In this document: in pieces, positions 30,515 through 39,652 of the stretch
How positions within the stretch are numbered: the stretch's first letter is position 1
Layout of the letters: each line of letters starts with the position of its first letter
Assembly (NCBI GenBank): GCA_944391615.1
Contig: CALXUE010000002.1
Span: 57,485 to 121,484 of the forward strand
Source of the DNA: an uncultured Alphaproteobacteria bacterium
GTDB lineage: Bacteria; Pseudomonadota; Alphaproteobacteria; RF32; CAG-239
Direction: 5' to 3'
DNA: 64,000 nt
Notes under the pieces: model-generated
Database searches by the model: none
The model's input: only the letters and a program-made list of their open reading frames with translations
What the model was told of the DNA's origin: nothing
Position numbers and translations under genes: made by a program

Positions 30515-30552
30515 ACTGGGCGGTATAGTATCAAGTAGACCAACCGCCCAGT
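30515..30552 (-). other. Putative rolling-circle origin hairpin with CTACTTG/ATA nick motif in the loop
   Basis: Stem actgggcggt/accgcccagt, 18-nt loop, minus strand reads CTACTTGATA (30538-30529); just upstream of rep. Confidence 0.7.
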
Positions 30553-30596
30553 TTTTTTTCCTAAAAAAAAATCCAAAAAAAGAGCAGGGGGCGCAA

Positions 30597-31724
30597 ATGG
30601 TTTGTTTATGTCCTAAAGTCGCATACCAAAGGAAATTTTATCCAATAGACGGCAATATATCCGAAAGAAACTTAAAAAGATTAAATAAAATATCATTTCA
30701 ATATCACAGAGGTTGGAAACAAATATTAATTCCATGCGGAGAATGTCCAGCGTGCAAACTTGCAAAAGCTAACGAATGGGCTGTCAGAATTAACAACGAA
30801 GCAGAAACATGGAAAAATAAAGGAATTTTTGTCACCTTAACTTATAATACACCAAATTTGCCACTTACAAAAGACGGATTAATGACCCTACAAAAAAGGG
30901 ACATGCAACTATTCAAGAAAAGATTAAGAAAATACATATCGAAACATAACGAGGGAATAACCGAATGGATTAATCCCAAAAACGGAAAAATTGAAAAACC
31001 GATTCGAACTTTCGAATGTGGAGAATATGGGCCGACAAAAGGAAGACCACATTATCACCAAATCATATTTAACTGGATACCAAACGACCTAGTCGAGAAA
31101 GAAATATCAAAAGACGGATATCCACTTTATAAATCAAAAACACTACAAAAAATATGGGGCAAAGGCTTTGTTTTGATAGGAATGATAAGCTTTGAAAGTG
31201 CCAGCTATGTTGCAAGATATACCATGAAAAAAGCAGGACTTGCAAAAACAAAACGTGTCTATTATGACGCTTGCGAATACAATGAAGAAACCAAAAATTT
31301 TGAAATGAAAACAAAATACAAAACAGAAAAGGGGGAGATAGAACCAGAATTTATAACGATGTCAACATCGCCAGGGATTGGATATTGCTATTTTATAAAA
31401 AATCAAGAAAGTATTATAAAAAACAATGGGTTATTGATAAAAGTTAAAGGAAAAGTAAAATTAAAATCAATACCACGATATTATAGAAAAATCATGGAAC
31501 GCCAAAACTGGAAAAAATACGAAAAATGGAAATACGAAAACCAAAAACAAGCAGACGAAAAACAAAAAAAACTTGTCAACAGCTACAAACTGCCAGAAGA
31601 AATGATTTTCGAATTAAAAGTGCAATTTGTAAACAATATTTTTCTTGACACAATTAGAAATAAATTTAACTTATTGAAAAGAAACAATATTTTATATGAC
31701 GAAGAAACAAAAGAAGATGAATAA
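30597..31724 (+). CDS. Microvirus replication initiator VP4 (HUH Rep)
   Basis: PCGECPAC, FVTLTY (motif I), CGEYG..RPHYH (motif II), YVARYTMKK (motif III). Confidence 0.95.
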   Translation: MVCLCPKVAYQRKFYPIDGNISERNLKRLNKISFQYHRGWKQILIPCGECPACKLAKANEWAVRINNEAETWKNKGIFVTLTYNTPNLPLTKDGLMTLQKRDMQLFKKRLRKYISKHNEGITEWINPKNGKIEKPIRTFECGEYGPTKGRPHYHQIIFNWIPNDLVEKEISKDGYPLYKSKTLQKIWGKGFVLIGMISFESASYVARYTMKKAGLAKTKRVYYDACEYNEETKNFEMKTKYKTEKGEIEPEFITMSTSPGIGYCYFIKNQESIIKNNGLLIKVKGKVKLKSIPRYYRKIMERQNWKKYEKWKYENQKQADEKQKKLVNSYKLPEEMIFELKVQFVNNIFLDTIRNKFNLLKRNNILYDEETKEDE

Positions 31725-31728
31725 TTGA

Positions 31729-31920
31729 TTAAGTTATACACAATCGCTACAGCGCATTGTGAGGTGCGCGCTCATGTGCATAACTTAAAAAAAAAATAAT
31801 TTTATATATTGACAACAAAAAAAATTTGTGATTCCGTATAATCACGGACAAGGTGAATTTGCTCTTTTTCACCTTGTCTATCATAAAGAGTTAACAAAAA
31901 GAGCAAAGAAAGGGCTAAAA
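31729..31920 (+). promoter_or_regulatory. Structured phage intergenic region and leader ending in an RBS before the attR ATG
   Basis: Several inverted repeats, TTGACA 31809 and TATAAT 31837 (22-bp spacing, non-ideal), AAAGGG before ATG 31921. Confidence 0.5.
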
Positions 31921-31948
31921 ATGTCGCATAATATATATTATGTTAAAT
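31921..31948 (+). other. dif: dif site (attR), canonical XerC/XerD target
   Basis: ATGTCGCATAA-TATATA-TTATGTTAAAT; XerD arm identical to E. coli dif; KOPS converge here. Confidence 0.93.
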
Positions 31949-32002
31949 ATAACTGTTTTTAAGACACTAAAATAAGATAAAAAGAATATGTGTACAACAA
32001 AA

Positions 32003-33595
32003 CTATATTGCAGCTTTAATCAATTCTTGAGTATAAATATGCTGCGGCTTTTCAAAAAGCAACTTTGTCGGCTGACACTCAACAATTTTTCCTTGATTCA
32101 AAACAGCCACCCAATCAGACATAGCACGAACAACACGCATATCATGCGTAATAAAAATATAACTAAGCTGCTGTTCATTCTGAATACGTTTTAACAAGCT
32201 TAAAACCTGAGCTTGAGTCGTCACATCAAGCGCCGATGTCGGTTCATCCAAAATCAAAATTTTAGGTTTCAAAATTAAACTTCGTGCTATGGCAATCCTT
32301 TGCCGCTGTCCACCTGAAAATTCAAACGGATACTTATCTAGCACATCGGCATCTAACTCAACTGATTTCAAAATATCAATAACTTTACGTTTTTTTTCAG
32401 CCTTTCCCATTTCCGGAAAATGAACATTTAATCCTTCCGCAACAATCTGCTCGACAGTCATTCTAGGATTAAGCGACGTATAAGGATCTTGAAACACAAT
32501 CTGCAAATTACGCCTAAACTGTTTATTATCAAAGCTTTCTGCAGACTTTTGCAATAATTTTATTTCTCCGCCAGCCTTAGGGTTAAGTTTGGCCAATGCA
32601 AACCCCAAAGTTGTCTTTCCTGAACCAGATTCTCCGACAATACCCAAACACTCACCTTGTTTTAATATCAAATCAACCCTATCCAACACCGAATGATAAG
32701 TCAAAACCCTTCCCCAAAAATTCTTCTTTTCCGGATACTTAACAGTAATATTTTTTCCTTCTAAAACAATAGGTTGATTATCATTTTGCAACAAGTTACT
32801 CTTTTTTTCATCAAGTTTCACCGCTTTCAAAAGAGATTGAGTGTAGCTTTGTTTTGGCGCATTAAAAATTTGTTCAACTCCGCCCTGCTCTACGATTTGC
32901 CCATTTTTCATCACACACACACGGTGGGCAATTTTTCCGACCAAGTTCAAATCATGGCTGATAAACAAAATCGCCATACCCATTTTTTGCTGTAATTTCA
33001 ATAACAAATCAATAATTTGTTTTTGCACGGTAACATCCAAAGCCGTTGTTGGTTCATCAGCAATCAATAACTTCGGCCGATTTGCGATTGCCATGGCAAT
33101 CATAACACGTTGCCTTTGACCTCCGGACAACTCATAAGGATAAGCCTTAAATTTTTGTTTAGCTTGTTTAATTCCCGTTGCATTCAAAAGGCGTATTGCC
33201 TCACGGACAGCTTGTTTTTCCGTCATTTTTTGATGTAATTGTATAGCTTCGACAATTTGTTGCCCAACTCTATGTAACGGGTTAAGAGAAGACATCGGTT
33301 CTTGAAAAATAAAAGCCACATCCCCACCCCGCATTTTCTGTAATTGAGCATCATTCATAGTCATAATATTTTGATTTTCAAACAAAATTTCAGATTTATT
33401 TTGATAATCAGCCCCTTCGACTAATTTCAAAACAGACAAAGCCGAAACCGACTTACCAGAACCTGACTCACCCACCAACCCTAAAATTTCACCGTTTTGA
33501 ATGGCAAAATTAACATCATGAACAACCGTTTGACCATTAAAAGAAATTGTCAAATGCCTGACATCAAGCAAAATATTATCTTTAATATCCGCCAT
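32003..33595 (-). CDS. yejF: Peptide ABC transporter, dual ATPase (YejF-like)
   Basis: Two GESGSGK and two SGGQRQR motifs. Confidence 0.85.
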   Translation of the reverse strand: MADIKDNILLDVRHLTISFNGQTVVHDVNFAIQNGEILGLVGESGSGKSVSALSVLKLVEGADYQNKSEILFENQNIMTMNDAQLQKMRGGDVAFIFQEPMSSLNPLHRVGQQIVEAIQLHQKMTEKQAVREAIRLLNATGIKQAKQKFKAYPYELSGGQRQRVMIAMAIANRPKLLIADEPTTALDVTVQKQIIDLLLKLQQKMGMAILFISHDLNLVGKIAHRVCVMKNGQIVEQGGVEQIFNAPKQSYTQSLLKAVKLDEKKSNLLQNDNQPIVLEGKNITVKYPEKKNFWGRVLTYHSVLDRVDLILKQGECLGIVGESGSGKTTLGFALAKLNPKAGGEIKLLQKSAESFDNKQFRRNLQIVFQDPYTSLNPRMTVEQIVAEGLNVHFPEMGKAEKKRKVIDILKSVELDADVLDKYPFEFSGGQRQRIAIARSLILKPKILILDEPTSALDVTTQAQVLSLLKRIQNEQQLSYIFITHDMRVVRAMSDWVAVLNQGKIVECQPTKLLFEKPQHIYTQELIKAAI

Positions 33596-34617
33596 CAACG
33601 CCTCCTTCTCGGATTAAAAGCATCACGAACACCTTCACCGATAAAAATAAGCAATGTCAATAACATAGACAATACAATAAAAATCGTAATTCCAATCCAA
33701 GGCGCCTGTAAATTATCTTTGCCTTGCCGCACCAAATCCCCCAAGGAAGGATAATCAGCCGACAACCCCAATCCCAAAAAATCCAAAGCACTTAACGCCA
33801 CAATTGCATCAGAAAGCAAAAACGGCACATAAGTAATCGTTGCCACAACTGCATTAGGCAAAATATGCTTAAAAATAATTTTAACATTGCTAACACCTAA
33901 AGCCTTTGCCGCTTTAACAAACTCAAAATTACGCGTACGCAAAAACTCTGCACGAACCACCGGAATCAAAGCACTCCACGAAAATAACAGCATAATAAAC
34001 AATAAAGTCATAAAACTAGGAACAAACACACTTGCAACAATTATCAATATAAAAAGCTGAGGTAAAGCATCCCAAATTTCCAAGAACCTCTGCACAAACA
34101 AATCAATTTTTCCACCAAAATATCCTTGCACTGCGCCAATAACAATTCCGATAACTGAGGCAAAAAAAGTCAACACAACCGAAAAAACAACCGAAAGTCT
34201 AATTCCATAAAGGATACGCGCCACAATGTCCCGCCCCTCATCATCAGTTCCCAACCAATGTTGAGCTGAAGGCGGCGTCGGAGTTGGTTTATCCAAATCA
34301 TAATCAACAGAGTTAAAAGAATATGGAATAACAGGCATCACCATCCAACCGTTTTGCATAATTTTTTGCACAATAAATGGATCTTTATAATCAGCCTCAG
34401 TAGCAAAATCTCCGTCAAAATACTCATCCGTATATGTTTGAATAAACGGAAATAAAATCTCTCCTTTATATTTCACAACCAGAGGCTTGTCATTGGCAAT
34501 AATCTCAGCCAAAAAGGACAACAAAAAAATACCAAGAAACAGCACCAACGACCAATAAGCGCGCCGATTTGCCTTAAAATTCTGCCATCGTCTTTGGTTT
34601 ATCTTAGATAAAAACAT
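33595..34617 (-). CDS. yejE: Peptide ABC permease (YejE-like)
   Basis: INQRRWQNFKANRRAYWS, HWLGTDDEGRD, GEGVRDAFNP. Confidence 0.85.
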   Translation of the reverse strand: MFLSKINQRRWQNFKANRRAYWSLVLFLGIFLLSFLAEIIANDKPLVVKYKGEILFPFIQTYTDEYFDGDFATEADYKDPFIVQKIMQNGWMVMPVIPYSFNSVDYDLDKPTPTPPSAQHWLGTDDEGRDIVARILYGIRLSVVFSVVLTFFASVIGIVIGAVQGYFGGKIDLFVQRFLEIWDALPQLFILIIVASVFVPSFMTLLFIMLLFSWSALIPVVRAEFLRTRNFEFVKAAKALGVSNVKIIFKHILPNAVVATITYVPFLLSDAIVALSALDFLGLGLSADYPSLGDLVRQGKDNLQAPWIGITIFIVLSMLLTLLIFIGEGVRDAFNPRRRR

Positions 34618-34623
34618 ACCACC

Positions 34624-36906
34624 CTATTGAGCTATCTCGCGTTGAACATTTGTTTCCACATTAACCTTTACCTGAACTTGAGGCTTTTCCGGCTTAGGAG
34701 CAGGCGCTTTAGTTTCTGATTTTTTCTTTTCAGCGTCTAAAGTTTCTTGAGGCTTTTCATTCTCTAATTTCTTATCAGCTTTCGCCTTTTCTTCTTTTTT
34801 ATTTTCGGTGAGAGTAATTGAGGGCTCAACTTCTTTTTTAAACAATGGCTCCACCTTAACCTCCTCTCCTTCTTGAATCATATCAGGAACTTTTGGTGCC
34901 GGCGCAACTTGTTTATCAGCATCATTTTGTATAGGCAAGATAGTTTCAGTTTTATTGCCATCCGCCGATATATTTTTTTCTGCCTCTTGAACATCTTTTT
35001 CCAATTCCTTAACTAAGCTTTCAGAAGAGGCATCATCTTCTTGAGCCTTATTCCAATACTTATACCAAAATTTATAAAAATTCTGGCTTCTAGCAATTTC
35101 TTCTGCACTAAATTTGAAATCAGCCAAAGTCTGCAACGTTTTTTGTGCTTCTTTCGTATAATACAAATCGGCAAACGGCACGCACTTTTTCTGACGATAG
35201 AGATAATCCGAAACCAACGCCGCACTTGAGCAAATTTTTGTATCTGTTTCAAATTTATTAATCGCGCTATCCCGAATAGCCAACCAAACATTCTGTTGAG
35301 AAGCAAAACGAACCTTAACATCAGAATTAGCTTTGTTATTACCATCCAAAATCGGAGAAATTCCTTGCAAAACAATAACATTCTGCTTAGATTTGCCTGA
35401 AGAATTCAAATCATCCATAAATTTTTGCAGCCGCCCGAACAAACAACTATATTGCTCAGCATAAGCAGCATATTTTTCAGACACTCCCGACTTTGTGCTT
35501 TTCATACTAATCCATTGATTTTGAGGTTTAAGCATACAAAACTCATTATAAACAAAGACATCAGCCGGCAAATCCAAAGCCACCAGATAATAAGTATTAC
35601 CCTTGTCCTTCAAAATATCTTGTGTCAAATTATCCAACACATTCAAAGAATGCACAATATAGAGCTTGCCAAAACTTGGAGATACCAATCCGGCTTTCTC
35701 CAACATTGCCTTAAATGTTTTAGAAACCTCATTATTCTGGCTCAAAATACCTGTTGATTCAAGCCACTGTGAAAGAATAAATTTTTCCTTATCTTCAACA
35801 TTTTTGAATTCATCCAACATCACCGGCATAGAAATCTTAGACGTGCATCTTTGCGAATTATTATCATGATGATAAGTGCACAAATTCATATTTTCGGACT
35901 GATAAGCACTTATATTATATAAGCCCTTATCAAAAACATAAGCCAATTTATTTGCCTTAAGCTGTGGCAAGTGCCGGCTCAGTTTAGAAAAATCCCAGCT
36001 TCTGTTAGAAAGCGGAGCTTTAATAATATCATCCTCTGATTTGTCACCCAAATTCATAAGATAAGCCAAATTTTCTTGCTCACTTTCATCCGTAACATAA
36101 GCATTAGGAAACACTTCAAAATTATTTTTCTCAGCAAATCCCAGCATAATGTTTTTCAAATCTTTAAGGGACTTATTGCTTTCAAACTTGCCAGACAACT
36201 CAGCCACATAAGGATAAGCGGCAGCGTTTGGCAACAAAATATGCACAAACTTTTTATCCCCTTTATTATTGACCAAAGGCTGAGCATTATCCGTTTTCCA
36301 AAACTCATCTTTAGGCTTATCATTCCAATAATTTCCAAAGATAACATAAGCGTCAAGCAAAGCCAAAAAAGCGCATAGAAAAGCTAAATTATAATTATGA
36401 GCAAAAATCAAATAAATAAACAACAAAACAAACACCAAAACGGCAGCCGCAATATGCGAATAACCGCTGATGGCATTTCCCCAACTTTCATTAACATACA
36501 TCTTAACCGTGTCGCTCAAAAAATTATAAATATCAAACAGAGCAAATTGATTAAGAAGCGCAAATACAAACAATGCCGCCACAATCGACAAAGCCGTATT
36601 TTGCAACAAACAAGAAAAAGACAAAACAAACATCACACCCAAGGACACATAAAACAGCATCCACAAGATACCGCTTATTTCGGGTGCCATAGACGATTCG
36701 CCAAACACGTCAAAAGTGCCAGCTTTTACAAACAAGCCAAAATTCAGGCTCAAGAGCAAAAACATCAAAAATGTCTTGATAAACAAGCTTAAAAAATAAT
36801 TTCCGACACAATAAGCCTTTAATCTAAGGCGGCTTTGCGCCGGCAAAAGCATTTCTTGAGCATTATTATTGGTGTTATTAGTGCCATCAATAAAAACATC
36901 GTCCAT
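34624..36906 (-). CDS. Multi-TM membrane protein with a periplasmic domain, possibly a degenerate sulfatase/AP fold
   Basis: 760 aa, about five N-terminal TM helices, charged C-terminal tail; GGAGG RBS. Confidence 0.6.
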   Translation of the reverse strand: MDDVFIDGTNNTNNNAQEMLLPAQSRLRLKAYCVGNYFLSLFIKTFLMFLLLSLNFGLFVKAGTFDVFGESSMAPEISGILWMLFYVSLGVMFVLSFSCLLQNTALSIVAALFVFALLNQFALFDIYNFLSDTVKMYVNESWGNAISGYSHIAAAVLVFVLLFIYLIFAHNYNLAFLCAFLALLDAYVIFGNYWNDKPKDEFWKTDNAQPLVNNKGDKKFVHILLPNAAAYPYVAELSGKFESNKSLKDLKNIMLGFAEKNNFEVFPNAYVTDESEQENLAYLMNLGDKSEDDIIKAPLSNRSWDFSKLSRHLPQLKANKLAYVFDKGLYNISAYQSENMNLCTYHHDNNSQRCTSKISMPVMLDEFKNVEDKEKFILSQWLESTGILSQNNEVSKTFKAMLEKAGLVSPSFGKLYIVHSLNVLDNLTQDILKDKGNTYYLVALDLPADVFVYNEFCMLKPQNQWISMKSTKSGVSEKYAAYAEQYSCLFGRLQKFMDDLNSSGKSKQNVIVLQGISPILDGNNKANSDVKVRFASQQNVWLAIRDSAINKFETDTKICSSAALVSDYLYRQKKCVPFADLYYTKEAQKTLQTLADFKFSAEEIARSQNFYKFWYKYWNKAQEDDASSESLVKELEKDVQEAEKNISADGNKTETILPIQNDADKQVAPAPKVPDMIQEGEEVKVEPLFKKEVEPSITLTENKKEEKAKADKKLENEKPQETLDAEKKKSETKAPAPKPEKPQVQVKVNVETNVQREIAQ

Positions 36907-37029
36907 GGAAAAGCCTCCTGAAACAACAAAACAATATTACCCAGATTTAAGCATATAAGAATAGATATTTAAAGCAAAAAACCCCGAGATTGCACAACCT
37001 CGGGGATATAAATGAAAAAATAATCCAAA

Positions 37030-37644
37030 TTATCTTGAATAGTATTCGATAACCAGATTTGGTTCCATCTCGCAAGCATAAGGAATATCAGCAAATTTCG
37101 GAACAAAAGTAAATTTGGCAGTCATTTTTTTGCTATCAACTTCCAAATATCCCGGAAAATCGCGTGTAGTAGATTCCAAAGAGGCAGCGATTAAAGGATT
37201 CTGTTTAGACTTTTCTCTAACTTCAATAACATCACCAACTTTAACCATATAAGAAGGGATATTAACTTTTTTACCGTTAACCAAGATATGATTGTGGTTA
37301 ACAAATTGACGAGCAGCAAAAACGGTCGGAACAAATTTAGCTCTAAACACCAAATTATCCAATCTGCTTTCCAACAAACCAACCAAGTTTTCAGCGGCAT
37401 CGCCTCTTCTTCTGATAGCTTCTGCATAATATTTAGCAAATTGTTTTTCAGAAATATTACCATAAGAAGTTTTTAACTTTTGCTTAGCATTTAATTGCTC
37501 GCCATAGTCAGTCATTTTCTTTTGTCTTGCACCATGCTGACCCGGAGCAGTTTCTCTTTTAACATAAGAAGAATGTTCTTCACCGAAGATAGAAGCTCTA
37601 TAACGGCGAGTAGCTTTTTTCTTAGCGTTTTCAATACTTTTCAT
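37030..37644 (-). CDS. rpsD: 30S ribosomal protein S4
   Basis: PGQHG, LESRLDN, ARQFVNH, IEYYSR. Confidence 0.97.
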   Translation of the reverse strand: MKSIENAKKKATRRYRASIFGEEHSSYVKRETAPGQHGARQKKMTDYGEQLNAKQKLKTSYGNISEKQFAKYYAEAIRRRGDAAENLVGLLESRLDNLVFRAKFVPTVFAARQFVNHNHILVNGKKVNIPSYMVKVGDVIEVREKSKQNPLIAASLESTTRDFPGYLEVDSKKMTAKFTFVPKFADIPYACEMEPNLVIEYYSR

Positions 37645-37909
37645 ATAAGTTTTCCTTAACTTTTATTAACACAACATTATTGTCTCGGTAGTTTTGATAC
37701 CGTACGGAAGACAAGCATACACTCCAACATCCAACGCACGCTTTCATCCATATGAACCAAACGGGGCGCAATACACAAAGAAAGCGTCCACATTCCCGAA
37801 AGTGACTTGAAAATAACACAAAAAATATAAATTTCAAGCAAAATCTTCACATTAAACTGGATTTTTTATATCAAATTGTATACACTAAGCCCAATATAAG
37901 GAAAAACAA

Positions 37910-39634
37910 ATGTCATACAACTATTTATTTGAGCAAGCCATTAAATTACATGAAGCCGGCCGGCTAAACGAAGCTGAGCAAATTTACCGCCAAATTCTTG
38001 AGGCCACCCCCGAAAATCCGGATGTTTTAAACCTGCTCGGACTAATAGCACAAAGCAAAAATATTCACACTGAAGCCATAAGCCTATTTGCCAAAGCTCT
38101 CAGGCAAACACCGCAATACGCTCCTTATTTATTCAACCTCGGCGTATCATATGAGGCTATAGGAAAATATCACGAAGCCCTGGAAGCTTATACCAAAGTT
38201 GTACAACTTGCCCCGGAAATAAAAGAAACCTATTTCAAATTAGGCACTATTTATAAAATCATGGGCAATCAGCCAACCGCCATAAATTATTATAATCAAG
38301 CCTTAGAAAAAGACAAAGATTATATTGATGCCTTAGTCGCCAAAGCCCTGCTCTCCGACATTCCGGAACAAACCTTGCAGTCTTTGTGCCAAAAATACAA
38401 TAAAGAACCTTTGCCCAAATATGAATTAAGCCGCTTTTATATCGAACATAATCAATACGCCAAAGCCTTGCCCTTGGCTGAAAAAATCCACCAAGCTTTC
38501 CCCAACACACCGCAGTTTTGTTATATTCTTGGCCAAATTGAAGAGCATATAAATGAAAAAGACAAAGCAGAACAACTTTATCGCCAAGCAATAAGGCTTA
38601 ACCCAAAATATATTGATGCACTTAATGCTTTAGCGGCACTTCTGAGTCGAAAATCCTGTTATCAAGAGGCAGAACAACTTTTCAAAGAGGTTATGAATTT
38701 ATCACCTCAAAACATTGCCGCCCGCATAAATTATGCCGATATGCTTTATCACGCCGGTCGTTTACAGGAAGCGGTTGAACGTTATCACGAAGCCCTGCCC
38801 TTAGCACCAAACAGCCCTGAATTATCCAACAATTTCGGCATAATCTTAAAAGATTTAGGCGAATATGAAGAAGCTTTAGGCTTGTTTTTCAATGCTCTGA
38901 GTAAATACAAAAACAATGACTCCGTCTCCATTAACATTGCGGAAACACTCACCAAGTTAGCTATTCAAGATTCACAAAAAGCTCAAGAAATTGCCAAGAA
39001 TTGGCAAAAATCATATCCTAACAACATTTTTGCCCGCCATTTCAACCAAGATAATGTAGATAAGGAATATTCAGCCAAACTTTTTGATAATTTTGCTCCA
39101 ACTTATGAAAAGACATTGGAGAATATCCAATACAACTTGCCCCAAGAAATACAAAATACCATCGGTGTTCCCAAAGGATTAATTATTGACCTTGGATGCG
39201 GCACGGGCAAAATCGCTGAGCGACTCAAATCAGCTGATAACACATTTATAGGCGTCGACATTTCTCAAAAGATGCTCGACATTGCCCAAACCAAAGGCTT
39301 GTATAAAGAACTAATCTGTGCAGACATTTTAAATTGGTTAAAAGTAAAACTCCCCAAACAAACATCTTTAATTATAGCTGCAGATGTTTTTTGTTATATC
39401 AAAGATTTATCGGAGATTATTCAGGCTTGCGCACCCTACCCTTTGTGCTTTTCAATAGAAAAATCATCAACAGATAAAACCGAATTTTCAGCCACCGGGC
39501 GCTATCAACATGCCGCAGGCGAGATTAATCATTTGTTAACAAAAAACGGATATTCTAAGATAAATCAAAAACTTATAACTTTACGACAGGAAGATAACAA
39601 AAATGTAGACGGACTAATTTTTACTGCCGAATAA
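37910..39634 (+). CDS. TPR-repeat protein with C-terminal SAM methyltransferase
   Basis: TPR repeats; DLGCGTG, GVDISQKM, AADVF. Confidence 0.85.
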   Translation: MSYNYLFEQAIKLHEAGRLNEAEQIYRQILEATPENPDVLNLLGLIAQSKNIHTEAISLFAKALRQTPQYAPYLFNLGVSYEAIGKYHEALEAYTKVVQLAPEIKETYFKLGTIYKIMGNQPTAINYYNQALEKDKDYIDALVAKALLSDIPEQTLQSLCQKYNKEPLPKYELSRFYIEHNQYAKALPLAEKIHQAFPNTPQFCYILGQIEEHINEKDKAEQLYRQAIRLNPKYIDALNALAALLSRKSCYQEAEQLFKEVMNLSPQNIAARINYADMLYHAGRLQEAVERYHEALPLAPNSPELSNNFGIILKDLGEYEEALGLFFNALSKYKNNDSVSINIAETLTKLAIQDSQKAQEIAKNWQKSYPNNIFARHFNQDNVDKEYSAKLFDNFAPTYEKTLENIQYNLPQEIQNTIGVPKGLIIDLGCGTGKIAERLKSADNTFIGVDISQKMLDIAQTKGLYKELICADILNWLKVKLPKQTSLIIAADVFCYIKDLSEIIQACAPYPLCFSIEKSSTDKTEFSATGRYQHAAGEINHLLTKNGYSKINQKLITLRQEDNKNVDGLIFTAE

Positions 39635-39652
39635 TTTTTTAAGGAGGTCAAA

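Larger units (their letters stand above)
29092..30535 (+). repeat. Tandem 720-bp direct duplication (29092-29811 = 29812-30531) with CAAG microhomology
   Basis: Lines read identical at a 720 offset; junction tagtat|caag|gcgca. Confidence 0.95.
25412..31948 (+). mobile_element. Integrated Microviridae (Gokushovirinae-like) prophage at dif
   Basis: VP5, VP8, VP3, VP1, VP2 and VP4 genes between two dif-like sites that share the 18-bp core tgtcgcataatatatatt; no integrase; about 5.8 kb without the 720-bp duplication. Confidence 0.93.

Noticed and set aside
30510-30596. N-terminal extension of Rep from GTG 30510
   Set aside because: Runs through the origin/terminator hairpin; ATG 30597 has a purine-rich RBS and precedes the Cys motifs
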